Below are positions 29,532 to 42,127 of a stretch of DNA of 64,000 bases, in pieces. This DNA is from Methylotenera sp. (GTDB lineage Bacteria; Pseudomonadota; Gammaproteobacteria; Burkholderiales; Methylophilaceae). Made by a program: the position numbers and the translations under genes. The stretch is from contig DATHXI010000051.1 in NCBI GenBank assembly GCA_035459705.1, positions 7,205 to 71,204 on the forward strand. The letters run 5' to 3'. Under the pieces are notes generated by a model. It ran no database searches. It worked only from the letters and a program-made list of their open reading frames with translations, and was not told where the DNA came from. Numbering within the stretch: the stretch's first letter is position 1; every line of letters begins with the position of its first letter.

Positions 29532-30635
29532 ATGTTACTAGAACTAGCACAATGGCTGGCAAGGGATATTCGTGGTTTTCATGTGTTTGATTACATCACC
29601 TTACGAGCGGTACTCGCTACGCTTACCGCGCTGACGATTTCATTCGTAGTTGGCCCAACCTTGATTCGTAAACTCACGTATTACAAAGTAGGTCAATCGG
29701 TACGTGATGATGGCCCGCAAACGCATCTAATAAAAGCGGGTACGCCGACCATGGGCGGTGCGTTGATATTGGTCGCCATCGCAATCTCGACATTACTATG
29801 GGCAGATCTAAGTAACAGGTTCGTGTGGGTTGTACTATTCACAACATTAGGTTTTGGCATCATCGGCTGGGTAGATGATTGGCGCAAAGTTGTGCATCGC
29901 AATCCTAAAGGCCTGTCAGCGAAAGAGAAGTATTTCTGGCAATCAGTCGTAGGTTTTAGTGTCGCCATATTTTTACAGCAGACTGCAACAGTGCCTGCTG
30001 AAACTACGCTGTATTTGCCTTTCATCAAGACATTAGTCATTCCGCTTAGCGCAGTTGGATTCATTATTTTGACTTACTTGGTCGTCGTAGGCAGTAGTAA
30101 TGCTGTCAACCTAACTGACGGTTTAGATGGTTTGGCAATTATGCCTACGGTGATGGTGGGTAGCGCTTTGGCATTGTTTGCCTACGTCACAGGCCACTTC
30201 TATTTCTCTAAATACTTAGGTATTCCTTACGTGCCAGGCGCGGGCGAGTTAGCGGTGTTTTGTGCAGCCATGGCGGGCGCTGGCTTAGGGTTCTTGTGGT
30301 TCAACGCTTATCCGGCAGAAGTGTTCATGGGTGATGTTGGCGCACTGGCATTAGGTGCTGCGTTAGGCATTGTGGCTGTCATTGTGCGTCAAGAGATCGT
30401 GTTGTTCATCATGGGTGGCGTGTTCGTCATGGAAACCTTGTCGGTCGCCGCGCAGGTCACCTATTTCAAATATACAAAGTTCAGAACTGGCACTGGTAAG
30501 CGCATCTTTTTGATGGCGCCGCTGCATCATCACTATGAACAAAAAGGCTGGAAAGAAACGCAAGTCGTGGTGCGCTTCTGGATTATCACCATGATGCTGG
30601 TGTTGGTTGGCATTTCCACATTGAAGCTCAGATAA
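29532..30635 (+). CDS. mraY: Phospho-MurNAc-pentapeptide transferase
   Basis: [33 protein letters not shown]. Confidence 0.99.
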   Translation: MLLELAQWLARDIRGFHVFDYITLRAVLATLTALTISFVVGPTLIRKLTYYKVGQSVRDDGPQTHLIKAGTPTMGGALILVAIAISTLLWADLSNRFVWVVLFTTLGFGIIGWVDDWRKVVHRNPKGLSAKEKYFWQSVVGFSVAIFLQQTATVPAETTLYLPFIKTLVIPLSAVGFIILTYLVVVGSSNAVNLTDGLDGLAIMPTVMVGSALALFAYVTGHFYFSKYLGIPYVPGAGELAVFCAAMAGAGLGFLWFNAYPAEVFMGDVGALALGAALGIVAVIVRQEIVLFIMGGVFVMETLSVAAQVTYFKYTKFRTGTGKRIFLMAPLHHHYEQKGWKETQVVVRFWIITMMLVLVGISTLKLR

Positions 30636-30664
30636 CAGACATTAAAGAATCAAAGATAAAAACA

Positions 30665-32023
30665 GTGAAAATTGAATTAAAAGATAAACGTGTATTAGTG
30701 CTAGGCCTTGGTGAAACAGGGCTTTCGGCATTGCGCTGGCTGAATCGCCAGAGTGCGCGTTTGTCTGTGGCCGATACCCGCGAAAATCCGCCGGGAATGG
30801 ACACAGTTAAAGCTGAGTTTCCTGAAGTGAAATTGTATGCAGGTGCTTTTACTGCGGCGATATTTAGCAATGTTGATTTGATTGTGGCCAGTCCAGGTGT
30901 GCCACTCAATGAGCCTGAAATTCAAGCGGCAATTAAGCGTGGCATCACAGTTGTTGGCGATGTTGAATTGTTCGCACAGTATCGTCCAGCTAGCGCTAAG
31001 GTGATTGCCATTACCGGCGCAAATGGTAAAACCACGGTGACAACCTTGGTCGGCGAAATGTGCAAAGCGGCGGGTTTAAAAACCTTAGTCGCAGGTAATA
31101 TTGGTTTGCCTGTGCTTGATACGCTGGGTATGGAAACACCTGATGTTTATGTGTTGGAGCTGTCTAGTTTTCAGCTTGAAACTACAAGTAATCTGCATGT
31201 TGACGCTGCAACCATGCTGAATCTATCTGAAGACCATATGGATAGATACGACAGCATGCAGGATTATGCGATTGCGAAAGCGCGTATCTTCTACAACGCA
31301 GTGTTGCAAGTGCTGAACCGTGATGATGCCTGGAGCATGATGATGGCGCGCGCAAAGTTAGCGCAAGCCACATTCGGCTTGTCAGCACCTGCGGAAAATG
31401 ATGCTTATGGCTTGCAGAAAGTAGATGGCGAAACTTGGCTGGTGGACGGTGATAAAGAACTCATCAATCTGCAAGACTTGAAAATAGTTGGTCTGCATAA
31501 CGCCGCCAATGCACTGGCAGCGGTTGCCCTTTGTCGCGGCATTGGTATCGATTACGCCCCTATCATTCAAACGCTTTATAACTTTAAAGGTTTGCCACAC
31601 CGTGTGGAATGGGTCGCTGAAATCGACGACGTCGATTACTACGATGATTCCAAAGGCACGAATGTAGGCGCAACTTGCGCGGCGATTGCTGGCTTGCCAC
31701 AAAAAATAGTCTTGATTGCCGGCGGTGATGGTAAAGGGCAGGACTTTTCACCGTTGAAGGATGCGGTTGCAGAAAATGCACGCGCCGTAGTGTTGATTGG
31801 TCGCGATGCGCCAGCGATTGAAGCTGTGCTGCTCGATACGGAAGTGCCTTTATACCAAGCGGCAGACTTACCGGAAGCGGTGAATATCGCTAAAAAACTG
31901 GCTCAAACTGGTGATGCGGTGCTGCTATCCCCTGCTTGCGCCAGTTTCGATATGTTCAAAAATTACGTGCATCGTGCCGAAGTCTTTGTCAGCGCCGTCA
32001 AGCGCTTGAAGGAGGCGGCATGA
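30665..32023 (+). CDS. murD: UDP-MurNAc-L-Ala:D-Glu ligase
   Basis: [28 protein letters not shown]. Confidence 0.98.
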   Translation: MKIELKDKRVLVLGLGETGLSALRWLNRQSARLSVADTRENPPGMDTVKAEFPEVKLYAGAFTAAIFSNVDLIVASPGVPLNEPEIQAAIKRGITVVGDVELFAQYRPASAKVIAITGANGKTTVTTLVGEMCKAAGLKTLVAGNIGLPVLDTLGMETPDVYVLELSSFQLETTSNLHVDAATMLNLSEDHMDRYDSMQDYAIAKARIFYNAVLQVLNRDDAWSMMMARAKLAQATFGLSAPAENDAYGLQKVDGETWLVDGDKELINLQDLKIVGLHNAANALAAVALCRGIGIDYAPIIQTLYNFKGLPHRVEWVAEIDDVDYYDDSKGTNVGATCAAIAGLPQKIVLIAGGDGKGQDFSPLKDAVAENARAVVLIGRDAPAIEAVLLDTEVPLYQAADLPEAVNIAKKLAQTGDAVLLSPACASFDMFKNYVHRAEVFVSAVKRLKEAA

Positions 32024-33183
32024 TTGCTACCATGCTCAATCGTGAGCGTATCAACTCCCCTAATTATGACCAGGGTTTACTCTGGGTCATCCTGGTTCTA
32101 TTGGGCTTAGGTCTGGTGATGGTGTATTCGGCTTCTATCGCTATTGCTGAGGCGGATAAAGTGGTAGGTCATAACAGTAGTTATTACCTCGTGCGCCAAG
32201 CTATCTTTTTGGTCATTAGTTTGAGCGCGGCTTTCGTGGCATTCAATATCCCGGTAGCTTGGTGGCAGAAAATGGCACCTTATCTATTCTTGCTCGGCTT
32301 GGCTTTGCTGGTGCTAGTGCTGATACCAGGTATCGGTCGTGTGGTAGGCGGTAGTCGCCGCTGGTTGTCCCTGTTCGTCATTAACTTACAGCCTTCGGAG
32401 TTCATGAAACTGTTCGCCGCCATGTACGTGGCCGATTACACAGTGCGCAAGGGTGCGCTGATGGATAGTTTCACGCGTGGCTTCTTACCGATGTTAGTGG
32501 TGATGCTGCTTGTTGGCGGCTTGTTATTGCGCGAGCCTGACTTTGGCGCATTCGCGGTGATTGCGGCCATTTCCATTTCTATTCTCTGGCTGGGTGGCAT
32601 TAACGGTCGTATTTTTGGCGGGTTGATTGTGTTGCTGGTGATTGGTTTTGTGCTGCTGATTTGGAGCTCACCTTACCGCCTTGAGCGCGTGATTGGCTTT
32701 ATGGATCCATGGGCTGACCCATATGGCAAAGGCTACCAGCTTTCACATGCGCTGATTGCATTTGGTCGCGGTGAATGGTTGGGTGTGGGGCTAGGTGCCA
32801 GCGTAGAAAAACTGCTCTATTTGCCAGAAGCACATACTGACTTTTTGCTGGCAGTGATTGCGGAAGAGCTCGGTTTTGTCGGTGTGCTAGCGGTGTTGGG
32901 CTTATTTTCCTGGATTGTGCTTCGCTCATTTGGTATCGCAAAAGAAGCGATTGCTAATGAACGTTATTTTGCCGCTTTGTTATCACAAGGGTTGGGTGTG
33001 TGGATAGGGGTGCAAGCCATTATCAATATTGGTGTGAACATGGGCATATTGCCGACCAAAGGTTTGACCCTGCCGTTATTGTCATTTGGCGGTAGCGGCA
33101 TTTTGGCGAATTGCATCGCGATGGCGATTTTGCTCAGAATAGACTTTGAGAACAGACGTTTGCAAAAGGGCTTGCCAGCATGA
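32020..33183 (+). CDS. ftsW: SEDS peptidoglycan glycosyltransferase FtsW
   Basis: QPSEFMK, EPDFG, PEAHTDF, KGLTLP. Start set to ATG 32020, which has a GGAGG SD and overlaps the murD stop. Confidence 0.97.
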   Translation: MIATMLNRERINSPNYDQGLLWVILVLLGLGLVMVYSASIAIAEADKVVGHNSSYYLVRQAIFLVISLSAAFVAFNIPVAWWQKMAPYLFLLGLALLVLVLIPGIGRVVGGSRRWLSLFVINLQPSEFMKLFAAMYVADYTVRKGALMDSFTRGFLPMLVVMLLVGGLLLREPDFGAFAVIAAISISILWLGGINGRIFGGLIVLLVIGFVLLIWSSPYRLERVIGFMDPWADPYGKGYQLSHALIAFGRGEWLGVGLGASVEKLLYLPEAHTDFLLAVIAEELGFVGVLAVLGLFSWIVLRSFGIAKEAIANERYFAALLSQGLGVWIGVQAIINIGVNMGILPTKGLTLPLLSFGGSGILANCIAMAILLRIDFENRRLQKGLPA

Positions 33184-34253
33184 CGACTCAGCCTAAAACA
33201 CTAATGGTAATGGCTGGCGGTACCGGTGGTCATGTGTATCCAGCGATGGCAGTAGCAGACCATTTGAAAGCACTCGGTTGGAACATCGTGTGGCTGTGCA
33301 CAGAAGGCGGCATGGAAAACCGTTTGATTGCGAATAAAGGTTATCAAAAAGCCATGATTACCATGCGCGGTGTGCGTGGTAAGGGCTTACTAGGTTGGCT
33401 GTTGTTGCCAGTCAAGCTGAGTATTGCATTGGCGCAGTCATATCAAGCAATTACTCAAACTCAGCCGAATCTGGTACTAGGTATGGGGGGCTTTGCTGCC
33501 TTCCCAGGTGGCCTGATGGCTTGGTTATTACGTAAACCGTTGGTGATACATGAGCAGAATTCAGTGGCAGGTTTAACCAATAAAACCTTGGCTCGTTTTG
33601 CGAAAAAAGTATTAGCGGCATTCCCCGCTGCCTTTGGCAACAAGGCAGTTTTAGTGGGTAATCCAGTACGTGCGGAGATTACGCAAGTTGCCTCAGTAGA
33701 AGAGAGATTTACAGGCCGCACGGGTGCATTACATGTATTGGTGGTCGGCGGTAGTTTAGGCGCACAAGCGCTGAATGAGGTGCTGCCTAAAGCGCTCGCT
33801 GAGATTTCACCAGAGCAACGTCCGCAGGTCGTGCATCAAGCGGGTGAAAAACATATTGCGACCTTGCAAGGTAATTATCAAGCCGCAGGCGTAAGTGCAG
33901 ATGCGGTGGCATTTATTGAGGATATGGCGGCAATGTACGCATGGGCTGATGTGGTAATTTGCCGCGCCGGTGCGTTAACGGTCGCAGAAGTTTCGGCCGC
34001 AGGTGTAGCCAGCGTACTAGTGCCATTCCCGCATGCAGTGGATGATCACCAAACCAGCAATGCACGTTATTTATCAGATGCGGGCGCAGCAATATTGGTA
34101 CCGCAAACCGAATTTAGCGTGCCTAAAGTCGTGGCGCTGTTAACAGATTTAAGCCGTGAAAAATGCCTGGAGATGGCAAGCAAAGCACGTGCATTGGGCA
34201 AGCCTGAAGCAACCAAAGTCGTTGCTGAAATATGTATGGAGCTAGCGCTATGA
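33180..34253 (+). CDS. murG: Lipid II N-acetylglucosaminyltransferase
   Basis: GGTGGH, HEQN, GGSLGA, RAGALT, DDHQ. Confidence 0.98.
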   Translation: MTTQPKTLMVMAGGTGGHVYPAMAVADHLKALGWNIVWLCTEGGMENRLIANKGYQKAMITMRGVRGKGLLGWLLLPVKLSIALAQSYQAITQTQPNLVLGMGGFAAFPGGLMAWLLRKPLVIHEQNSVAGLTNKTLARFAKKVLAAFPAAFGNKAVLVGNPVRAEITQVASVEERFTGRTGALHVLVVGGSLGAQALNEVLPKALAEISPEQRPQVVHQAGEKHIATLQGNYQAAGVSADAVAFIEDMAAMYAWADVVICRAGALTVAEVSAAGVASVLVPFPHAVDDHQTSNARYLSDAGAAILVPQTEFSVPKVVALLTDLSREKCLEMASKARALGKPEATKVVAEICMELAL

Positions 34254-35683
34254 AACATAAAGTCAAAAATATACATTTCATCGGCATCGGCGGCTCAGGC
34301 ATGAGCGGTATCGCCGAGGTGCTCATCAATCTGGACTTTACCGTCAGTGGTTCTGACTTAGCTTCAAATGCCATCACCAAGCGCCTTAAAGACTTTGGCG
34401 CAATAGTGTATCAAGGTCATGCCACCGAGAATCTTGGTAATGCTGATGTGGTAGTGGTATCAAGCGCGGTGAATGAAGAGAACCCGGAAGTTAAAGCAGC
34501 TAGAGCTAAGAATATTCCAGTGGTGCCACGTGCATTGATGTTGGCTGAGTTGATGCGCTTTAGACAAGGTATTGCGGTGGCGGGTACGCATGGCAAAACG
34601 ACAACAACGAGTCTGATTGCGAGCATTTTGGCTGAAGCGGGTATGGACCCAACCTTTGTCATCGGCGGCAAGTTAGAAGCAGCCAATGCCAACGCTAAGC
34701 TAGGTACTGGTGAGTACATTGTGGCGGAGGCGGATGAGTCCGATGCTTCATTCCTGCATCTGACACCAGTGATGGCAGTGGTCACCAATATTGACCAAGA
34801 CCACATGGATACCTATGAACACAGCTTCGACAAACTCAAAAGCGCATTCGTAGAGTTTTTACAGCAATTGCCGTTCTGGGGCATGGCGGTGGTGTGTATC
34901 GACGATGCAAATATCCGCGAGATTCTGCCACGCGTGACTAAGCCAGTAACGACTTACGGCTTCAGTGAAGATGCACTAATCCGTGCGAAAAATGTACGTG
35001 CCGATGATGGCAAGATGCACTTTACGGTACAGCGCATCAATGGCGTGACCACTGAGTTCGACGTGACCTTGAATCTGCCGGGCAATCACTATGTATTGAA
35101 TGCGCTTGCTGCAATTGCGATTGCCAGCGAGTTGAATGTGCCGGATGTTGCCATTATCAAAGCACTCAAAGAATTCAAAGGTGTCGGCCGCAGGTTTGAA
35201 CGTTACGGCGAGGTGAATGTAACTGCCAACAACGATAACAATGATAAAAGAGTGGGTACTTTCACATTAATTGATGACTACGGACACCATCCGGTAGAGA
35301 TGCAGGCAGTGATCGCTGCCGCACGTGCCGCTTTTCCTAACCGTCGATTAGTCATGGCGTTTCAGCCGCATCGCTACACGCGTACACGTGATTGTTTCGA
35401 GGATTTTGTGCGTGTGCTATCCAGCGCAGATGTTGTGCTGCTGACTGAGGTCTATTCAGCAGGTGAGGCACCAATAGTAGCGGCAGATACGCGCTCATTG
35501 ATTCGTGCGATTCGCATCGCCGATAAAGTAGAGCCATTGTTTGTGGAAAGTACCGACGTGCTACCACAAGCCATTTTGGATGTGGCAAAAGCAGGTGATG
35601 TGGTGATTGTTATGGGCGCAGGCTCTATAGGACAAGTCGCGGCAAAAACTAAACTTTTGGCAGAAGGAGCGCACATCAATTGA
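34250..35683 (+). CDS. murC: UDP-MurNAc:L-Ala ligase
   Basis: [30 protein letters not shown]. Start set to ATG 34250. Confidence 0.98.
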   Translation: MKHKVKNIHFIGIGGSGMSGIAEVLINLDFTVSGSDLASNAITKRLKDFGAIVYQGHATENLGNADVVVVSSAVNEENPEVKAARAKNIPVVPRALMLAELMRFRQGIAVAGTHGKTTTTSLIASILAEAGMDPTFVIGGKLEAANANAKLGTGEYIVAEADESDASFLHLTPVMAVVTNIDQDHMDTYEHSFDKLKSAFVEFLQQLPFWGMAVVCIDDANIREILPRVTKPVTTYGFSEDALIRAKNVRADDGKMHFTVQRINGVTTEFDVTLNLPGNHYVLNALAAIAIASELNVPDVAIIKALKEFKGVGRRFERYGEVNVTANNDNNDKRVGTFTLIDDYGHHPVEMQAVIAAARAAFPNRRLVMAFQPHRYTRTRDCFEDFVRVLSSADVVLLTEVYSAGEAPIVAADTRSLIRAIRIADKVEPLFVESTDVLPQAILDVAKAGDVVIVMGAGSIGQVAAKTKLLAEGAHIN

Positions 35684-36573
35684 TGGTGAAGCACACACAA
35701 GCTGCAAGCGGTAAGTTATTGCTAGATGAGCCAATGGCGCGCTACACCAGTTGGCGTGTGGGCGGCAAAGCTGATCGACTTTACATTCCTGCCGGTTTGG
35801 AAGATTTGTGCACATTCTTACAAAGCTTGGATGCGACAGAGCCCGTGCACTTTATTGGCTTGGGTTCCAATCTGCTGGTACGTGACGGCGGTGTGCGCGG
35901 CACGGTGGTATTGATGCATAACGTACTGAACGATTTACGTATGGATGGCGATCTAGTCTATGCCGATGTAGGCGTGACTTGCGCCAAATTGGCAAAGTTC
36001 TCTGCTAAGCAAGCCAAACAAGGTGCAGAGTTCTTTGCTGGTATTCCGGGCACTGTGGGCGGTGCGCTAGCCATGAATGCGGGTTGTTATGGCTCTGAAA
36101 CTTGGAATGTGGTGAGTCGCGTAACCACGATTAATAAGCAGGGTCAGCTTAATACGCGGGATGCTGCCGAGTTCATTGCAAGCTATCGCCATGTAGATAT
36201 GCCGGTGAGCGATGAATGGTTCATCTCGGCCTGGTTTGGCTTGGTGGCTGGTGATGCGCATGAATCAGCACAAAAGATTAAAGCCTTGCTGGCACAGCGT
36301 TTGAGCTCACAACCGCTCAATCTGCCGAGTGCGGGCTCTACGTTTAGGAACCCGGCTGGTGATTTTGCGGCAAGGTTGATTGAAGCAAGCGGTTTGAAAG
36401 GTTACATCATTGGCGGCGCACAAGTGTCTGAGAAGCACGCCAATTTTATTGTGAATATCGGTGGCGCGAATGCCTTGGATATTGAGTTGTTGATTAAACA
36501 CATGCGTGAAACCGTGTTGGAAAAACATGGAGTAGCGTTGCAGCAAGAAGTAAAAGTTATCGGTGAATATTAA
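35680..36573 (+). CDS. murB: UDP-N-acetylenolpyruvoylglucosamine reductase
   Basis: [32 protein letters not shown]. Confidence 0.98.
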   Translation: MMVKHTQAASGKLLLDEPMARYTSWRVGGKADRLYIPAGLEDLCTFLQSLDATEPVHFIGLGSNLLVRDGGVRGTVVLMHNVLNDLRMDGDLVYADVGVTCAKLAKFSAKQAKQGAEFFAGIPGTVGGALAMNAGCYGSETWNVVSRVTTINKQGQLNTRDAAEFIASYRHVDMPVSDEWFISAWFGLVAGDAHESAQKIKALLAQRLSSQPLNLPSAGSTFRNPAGDFAARLIEASGLKGYIIGGAQVSEKHANFIVNIGGANALDIELLIKHMRETVLEKHGVALQQEVKVIGEY

Positions 36574-36593
36574 GCGGAATGTAAATAGTGAGC

Positions 36594-37523
36594 ATGAGTA
36601 AAAAAAGTAAATTTGGAAAAGTCGCGGTGTTGATGGGCGGCCGTTCTGGCGAGCGTGAAGTGTCACTTAAAAGTGGCGGTGCGGTATTGAGCGCGTTGCA
36701 AGCGCAGGGCGTTGACGCAGTAGCGTTTGATCCACGTGAAAAGCCTTTGCATGATTTGGAAAGTTTTGACCGTGTATTCATCAACTTGCATGGCCGTTAC
36801 GGTGAGGATGGTTGCATTCAAGGCGCACTTGAAATGTTACAGATTCCCTATACCGGCAGCGGTGTGATGGCGTCAGCGATTGGCATGGATAAATGGCGTA
36901 CTAAATTATTGTGGCGCGCAACTAATGTAGTGACGCCGGATTTTGAACTGGTGACAGCGGACAGTGATTTTGACGCAATAGAGAAAAAACTTGGCTTACC
37001 GTTGTTTGTGAAGCCGGCGAATGAAGGCTCTAGCCTAGGCATCAGCAAAGTAAAACAAGCGGGTGGCTTGCAAGCAGCGTACGAGCTGGCTGCCAAGGCA
37101 GACCCATTGGTGATTGCGGAGAAATTCGTAGGCGGTGGCGAATATACCGTAGGCGTTATTGACGATGGCGCGGGTGGCTTTAAAGCGCTGCCGATTATTC
37201 GCATTGTGCCAAAAAATGAGTTTTATGACTTTGAAGCGAAGTACCTGCGCGATGACACCGAGTATTTATGCCCTTGTGGTTTGAGTGCGGAAAAAGAAGC
37301 GCAAATCCAGCAGGAAGCATTGTTGGCGTTCCGTGCCGTGGGTTGCAAAGGCTGGGGACGCGTGGATTTCTTGATGGACGAAGCCGGTAATCATTACTTT
37401 TTAGAAGTGAATACCAGCCCAGGCATGACAGATCACAGTCTGGTGCCGATGGCAGCGAAAGCAGCGGGTATCAGTTTTGAAGAGTTAGTGGTACGTATTC
37501 TGGAGTCAGCAGATGTGGGATAG
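36594..37523 (+). CDS. ddl: D-alanine--D-alanine ligase
   Basis: [35 protein letters not shown]. Confidence 0.98.
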   Translation: MSKKSKFGKVAVLMGGRSGEREVSLKSGGAVLSALQAQGVDAVAFDPREKPLHDLESFDRVFINLHGRYGEDGCIQGALEMLQIPYTGSGVMASAIGMDKWRTKLLWRATNVVTPDFELVTADSDFDAIEKKLGLPLFVKPANEGSSLGISKVKQAGGLQAAYELAAKADPLVIAEKFVGGGEYTVGVIDDGAGGFKALPIIRIVPKNEFYDFEAKYLRDDTEYLCPCGLSAEKEAQIQQEALLAFRAVGCKGWGRVDFLMDEAGNHYFLEVNTSPGMTDHSLVPMAAKAAGISFEELVVRILESADVG

Positions 37524-38208
37524 ACCTACATTACTGAACTGGACAGCCAACCTGCTCTTCGCTTTGAGCGTGGTGGTGATGCTGTATGCAGTTTTGTATG
37601 TAGTGGTGCATTTGCCGATTTTTCCTTTACGTGAAGTGAAGGTGGATGGGCAGTTAAGTCATGTAAGCCGCGAGCAGGTGAAGTTGATCGTTGCCAAACA
37701 TTTGAAAGGTAACTTTTTCACATTGGATTTAGTAAAAGCGCGTGATGCATTTGAAAAGCTGCCATGGGCACGCAATGTGAGTGTGCGTAGGCGCTGGCCA
37801 GATAAGCTGGAAGTGGTGATTGAAGAACATCATGCATTGGCGCGCTGGGGCAGCATCGCTTTGGTAAATACACACGGCGAACTATTTCACGCTGCATCTG
37901 GCAGCGATTTACCAGTTTTTTATGGGCCAGGTGATGGTGTTATCGAAGTGGCTTCGCAATATGGTGAATTTAGCAAAGCACTCAAGGTGGCAAATTTAGA
38001 TATTGCCAACTTAGCGTTAACGCCAAGACGTGCATGGAAGATTACGACAACGAACGGGATGGTCGTGGAGCTTGGGCGAATTGAAATGCAAGCCAGATTA
38101 GAGAAATTTGCCAAAGTGTATAGCAGCACGATTGCAGGCTTGAATAAAAAAATTGCTTATGCAGATTTGCGCTATCCGAATGGATTTGCGGTACGTAAGC
38201 CTAGTTAG
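37513..38208 (+). CDS. ftsQ: Cell division protein FtsQ
   Basis: TM, POTRA ([14 protein letters not shown]), [10 protein letters not shown]. Confidence 0.96.
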   Translation: MWDRPTLLNWTANLLFALSVVVMLYAVLYVVVHLPIFPLREVKVDGQLSHVSREQVKLIVAKHLKGNFFTLDLVKARDAFEKLPWARNVSVRRRWPDKLEVVIEEHHALARWGSIALVNTHGELFHAASGSDLPVFYGPGDGVIEVASQYGEFSKALKVANLDIANLALTPRRAWKITTTNGMVVELGRIEMQARLEKFAKVYSSTIAGLNKKIAYADLRYPNGFAVRKPS

Positions 38209-38260
38209 AGATGAATAGAAAACAGACGTTAGCCGTGCGTAATCACGGAGGGAGCAGGGA

Positions 38261-39499
38261 ATGAGTAGAGTAAAAGACGATAAAAATTTAATTGTAGGGT
38301 TGGACATCGGCACATCAAAAATTGTCGCGATTGTTGCCGAGCTGCAGCCGGAGGGCACGCTAAAAGTCATCGGACTTGGACAGCACATTTCACGCGGCTT
38401 GAAAAAAGGTGTGGTGATTAACATTGAATCGACCATGCAGTCCATACAGCGCGCTCTGGAAGAAGCGGAGTTAATGGCAGATTGCAAGATCAACAATGTA
38501 TATACCGGCATCGCTGGCAGCCACATTAAGAGCCTGAATTCACATGGCATGGTGAAAATTAAAGATGCAGAAGTCTCGCAAATGGATGTAGACCGTGTGA
38601 TTGAAACTGCGCGTGCGATTGCACTACCAGCGGACCAGCAGATTCTGCATATTCTCACCCAAGAATTCATCATCGATGGTCAAGAGGATGTACGCGAACC
38701 ACTCGGCATGAGCGGCATGAAACTAGAAGTGAAAGTGCATATCGTGACTGGGGCGGTAGCAGCTGCCCAGAACATTGTGAAGTGCATCAAACGTTGCGGT
38801 ATTGAAGTCAGCGATTTGATCTTGCAACCATTAGCTTCTAGCTTGGCTGTGTTAACAGAAGATGAAAAAGAACTGGGTGTGTGTCTGGTGGATATCGGCG
38901 GTGGCACTACGGATATCGCGGTGTTCAAGCAAGGTGCGATTCGTCATACCGCCGTGGTGCCGATTGCTGGCGACCAAATGACCAATGACGTTGCGGTGGC
39001 GTTCCGCACGCCAACACAGTCCGCGGAAGACATCAAGATTAAACACGGTTGTGCACTTAGGCAATTGGCAGATCCTCGTGAAGTGGTTGAAGTGCCCGGT
39101 GTCGATGGCCGTGAGCCACGTCAATTATCAGTACAGACCTTGGCTGAAGTGTTAGAGCCACGTGTGGTTGAGTTATATGAGTTGGTGTTGAACGAATTAC
39201 GTCGTAGCGGCATGGAAGAAATGATTGCATCAGGCATCGTCATCACGGGCGGTTCAGCCATGATGCGCGGCATGGTCGAGCTGGGTGAAGAGATATTCCA
39301 CATGCCAGTACGTTTAGGCATGCCACGTTACGTAGGCGGTTTGTCCGAAGTGGTGAGCAATCCACGCTACGCAACAGGCGTGGGCTTGGTGTTGATGGGT
39401 AAACAGCAGTTAGAAAGACACTTGAGTGGACAAATGGAATCTAGCTCGTTCGGACGGGTGCTAGAGAAGATGAAGAGCTGGTTCCAAGGTAATTTTTAG
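38261..39499 (+). CDS. ftsA: Cell division protein FtsA
   Basis: GLDIGTSK, DIGGGTTD, C-terminal amphipathic KSWFQGNF. Confidence 0.99.
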   Translation: MSRVKDDKNLIVGLDIGTSKIVAIVAELQPEGTLKVIGLGQHISRGLKKGVVINIESTMQSIQRALEEAELMADCKINNVYTGIAGSHIKSLNSHGMVKIKDAEVSQMDVDRVIETARAIALPADQQILHILTQEFIIDGQEDVREPLGMSGMKLEVKVHIVTGAVAAAQNIVKCIKRCGIEVSDLILQPLASSLAVLTEDEKELGVCLVDIGGGTTDIAVFKQGAIRHTAVVPIAGDQMTNDVAVAFRTPTQSAEDIKIKHGCALRQLADPREVVEVPGVDGREPRQLSVQTLAEVLEPRVVELYELVLNELRRSGMEEMIASGIVITGGSAMMRGMVELGEEIFHMPVRLGMPRYVGGLSEVVSNPRYATGVGLVLMGKQQLERHLSGQMESSSFGRVLEKMKSWFQGNF

Positions 39500-39614
39500 C
39501 AGTAGATTTAAAGGCAGTGGTAGTAGTAAGCAAGGGTTAGAAGTTCTGGCAGAAGTACTTGGTTAAACAGAAGTAAATTTGCAATGAGGCAAGTTAAAAA
39601 AGAGGAGACACAAA

Positions 39615-40787
39615 ATGTTTGAAATTATGGAAAAGAATTCCCAAGAGGCCGTGATTAAGGTCATTGGCGTGGGCGGTTGCGGCGGCAACGCAGTTGCACA
39701 CATGATAGAGAAAAGCGTTGGTGGCGTTGAATTCATTTGCGCCAATACGGATATGCAAGCGCTGAAAAAGAGCCAAGCAAAAACTGTATTGCAAATGGGT
39801 ACTGCCATCACTAAAGGTTTGGGTGCAGGCGCTAAACCTGAAATCGGCCGTGAAGCAGCATTAGAAGACCGCGATGCGATTGCGGACCTGATTGATGGCG
39901 CTGATATGTTATTTATCACAGCAGGTATGGGCGGTGGTACAGGTACAGGCGCTGCGCCGGTGATTGCTCAAGTCGCAAAAGAGATGGGTATCTTAACCGT
40001 CGCTGTGGTGACTAAGCCTTTCGCGTTTGAAGGAAAACGCACTAAAGTCGCCAGCGATGGTCTAGAAGAGTTATCGAAGTATGTGGATTCATTGATCGTG
40101 ATTCCTAATGAGAAATTGATGGAAGTACTGGGCGAAGATGTGCCGTTCTTAGAGGCTTTCAGGGCGGCTAACGATGTGTTGCACAATGCGGTGTCAGGCA
40201 TTGCCGAAATCATCAATTGCCCAGGTTTGGTTAACGTCGACTTTGCTGACGTGCGCACAGTAATGAGCGAGATGGGCATGGCGATGATGGGTTCAGCGAT
40301 TGCAACAGGTCCGGACCGTGCACGTATTGCGGCGGAACAAGCAGTAGCAAGCCCATTGTTGGAAGATGTCAACTTGGCTAATGCACGCGGCGTTTTAGTG
40401 AATATCACCACTTCAGCTTCTTTCAAAATGAAAGAATATTATGACGTGATGAATACGATTAAAGCGTTCACTGCGGAAGACGCTACCGTGATTGTTGGTA
40501 ACGTGTTCGACGAAGCAATGGGTGATGGCTTACGTGTCACCATGGTAGCTACAGGTTTGACTGGCGCACAACGCCGTCAACAAAAACCAGAGCTACGCGT
40601 GATGACGCAAGAAGTGGTGCGTAACGGTACTACTAACCAACCAATGTTCGTGGGTGGTAGTGTGGATGATGATGAAGCACCTGCAGTATTTGCTTCAAAC
40701 AACCGTCGTGCGCAAGTGGAAGCGATGAAGATGTCAGGTGTTGAGGAATATGATATCCCTGCATTCTTACGCAAACAAGCTGACTAA
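39615..40787 (+). CDS. ftsZ: Cell division protein FtsZ
   Basis: [25 protein letters not shown]. Confidence 0.99.
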   Translation: MFEIMEKNSQEAVIKVIGVGGCGGNAVAHMIEKSVGGVEFICANTDMQALKKSQAKTVLQMGTAITKGLGAGAKPEIGREAALEDRDAIADLIDGADMLFITAGMGGGTGTGAAPVIAQVAKEMGILTVAVVTKPFAFEGKRTKVASDGLEELSKYVDSLIVIPNEKLMEVLGEDVPFLEAFRAANDVLHNAVSGIAEIINCPGLVNVDFADVRTVMSEMGMAMMGSAIATGPDRARIAAEQAVASPLLEDVNLANARGVLVNITTSASFKMKEYYDVMNTIKAFTAEDATVIVGNVFDEAMGDGLRVTMVATGLTGAQRRQQKPELRVMTQEVVRNGTTNQPMFVGGSVDDDEAPAVFASNNRRAQVEAMKMSGVEEYDIPAFLRKQAD

Positions 40788-40926
40788 TGAGCACATGAAG
40801 TTTGCTTTTTAGTTAAGCCCAAGCCGAACAACTCAGTCGCTGAGTTGAGGCTGGTATGGTATTATATGCTTGATTAGTAAGGCGAATATTAAGTTCGCGA
40901 AGCAAACAAAAGGGTTTTATACATAG

Positions 40927-41856
40927 ATGTTAAAGCAACGTACATTAAAAAAAGCGATTAGCGCCACTGGCGTTGGGTTGCACAACGGCGAAAAGGTTAC
41001 TCTTACCCTGCGCCCTGCTGCACCTGATACTGGTATTGTTTTCAAACGGGTTGATCTGCCTCAACCTAATGAAATCGTAGCGACTCCACAAGCGGTGCAT
41101 GACACCCGCATGTGTTCTGCGCTAGAGGCCAATGGTGCGCGTGTTGCTACTGTTGAGCATTTGATGTCTGCACTTGCAGGCTTAGGTGTGGATAACGTAT
41201 ATGTAGATGTTGATGCTTCTGAAATACCGATTATGGATGGTAGCTCAGGCCCTTTTGTATTCTTGCTGCAAGAAGCGGGTATTGTGGAACAAGCTGCGGC
41301 GAAGAAATTCATCCGCGTCAAAAAAACGGTAGAAGTCAAAGAGGGCGATAAATGGGTACGTTTTGAACCTTATCATGGCTTCAAGATTGATTTCACTATC
41401 GAGTTCAATCATCCTGTTTTTGAGCATTCAGGCAATAATGTCAAAATCGATTTTGCCGCTGATTCGTATATCAAAGAAATCAGTCGTGCGCGTACTTTTG
41501 GCTTTATGCACGAGGTTGAATATCTACGTTCAAATGGTTTGGCGCGCGGTGGTAGTTTAGATAACGCGATTGTTTTAGACGAGTACCGTGTACTTAATTC
41601 TGATGGCTTGCGTTATGACGATGAGTTCGCCAAACACAAAGTATTAGATGCGATTGGTGATCTGTACATGTTAGGCCATCCAATTTTAGGCGCTTTTTAT
41701 GCCTTCAAGTCTGGCCATGCACTTAACAACCAGTTACTGCGTGCTTTGCTGCAAGACGAAACCGCTTGGGAGTACGTGACTTTCGAAAAAACAGAAGACG
41801 CACCTGATGCATTCGTGTCACAAAGCAAACAGTTCAAGCCAGAGCCTATTTATTAG
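40927..41856 (+). CDS. lpxC: UDP-3-O-acyl-GlcNAc deacetylase
   Basis: TVEHL, ARTFGF, HKVLD, KSGH. Confidence 0.99.
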   Translation: MLKQRTLKKAISATGVGLHNGEKVTLTLRPAAPDTGIVFKRVDLPQPNEIVATPQAVHDTRMCSALEANGARVATVEHLMSALAGLGVDNVYVDVDASEIPIMDGSSGPFVFLLQEAGIVEQAAAKKFIRVKKTVEVKEGDKWVRFEPYHGFKIDFTIEFNHPVFEHSGNNVKIDFAADSYIKEISRARTFGFMHEVEYLRSNGLARGGSLDNAIVLDEYRVLNSDGLRYDDEFAKHKVLDAIGDLYMLGHPILGAFYAFKSGHALNNQLLRALLQDETAWEYVTFEKTEDAPDAFVSQSKQFKPEPIY

Positions 41857-41935
41857 TACTAGTTGAACAGTAGGTTACATGAATGATGTAGCATTAAAAT
41901 AAGACGAGCAATATAACCAAGAAAAGGGGCGTGCC

Positions 41936-42118
41936 ATGCTAATAATTCGCCTGATATTTATTCTGCTAGTCATCACAGCCTTGGTTCTGCTAGGTTTGTA
42001 CTTATTTCTAGATGACAAAAAATACCTGGATTACTTCAAAAAAACAGTTAAATACGCGCTGTATTTAGTTGTCATAGTGGCTATGATGTTTGTGTTACGT
42101 CGCGTACTCTATTTTTAG
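41936..42118 (+). CDS. Small two-TM hypothetical membrane protein
   Basis: 60 aa, two hydrophobic helices, AAGGGG SD, ends 9 nt before slt. Confidence 0.65.
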   Translation: MLIIRLIFILLVITALVLLGLYLFLDDKKYLDYFKKTVKYALYLVVIVAMMFVLRRVLYF

Positions 42119-42127
42119 GCCACGCAT

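Noticed and set aside
35215-35250. Asn/Asp-rich loop (ANNDNNDK) in MurC
   Set aside because: Small variable surface insertion with no evidence of function or phase variation
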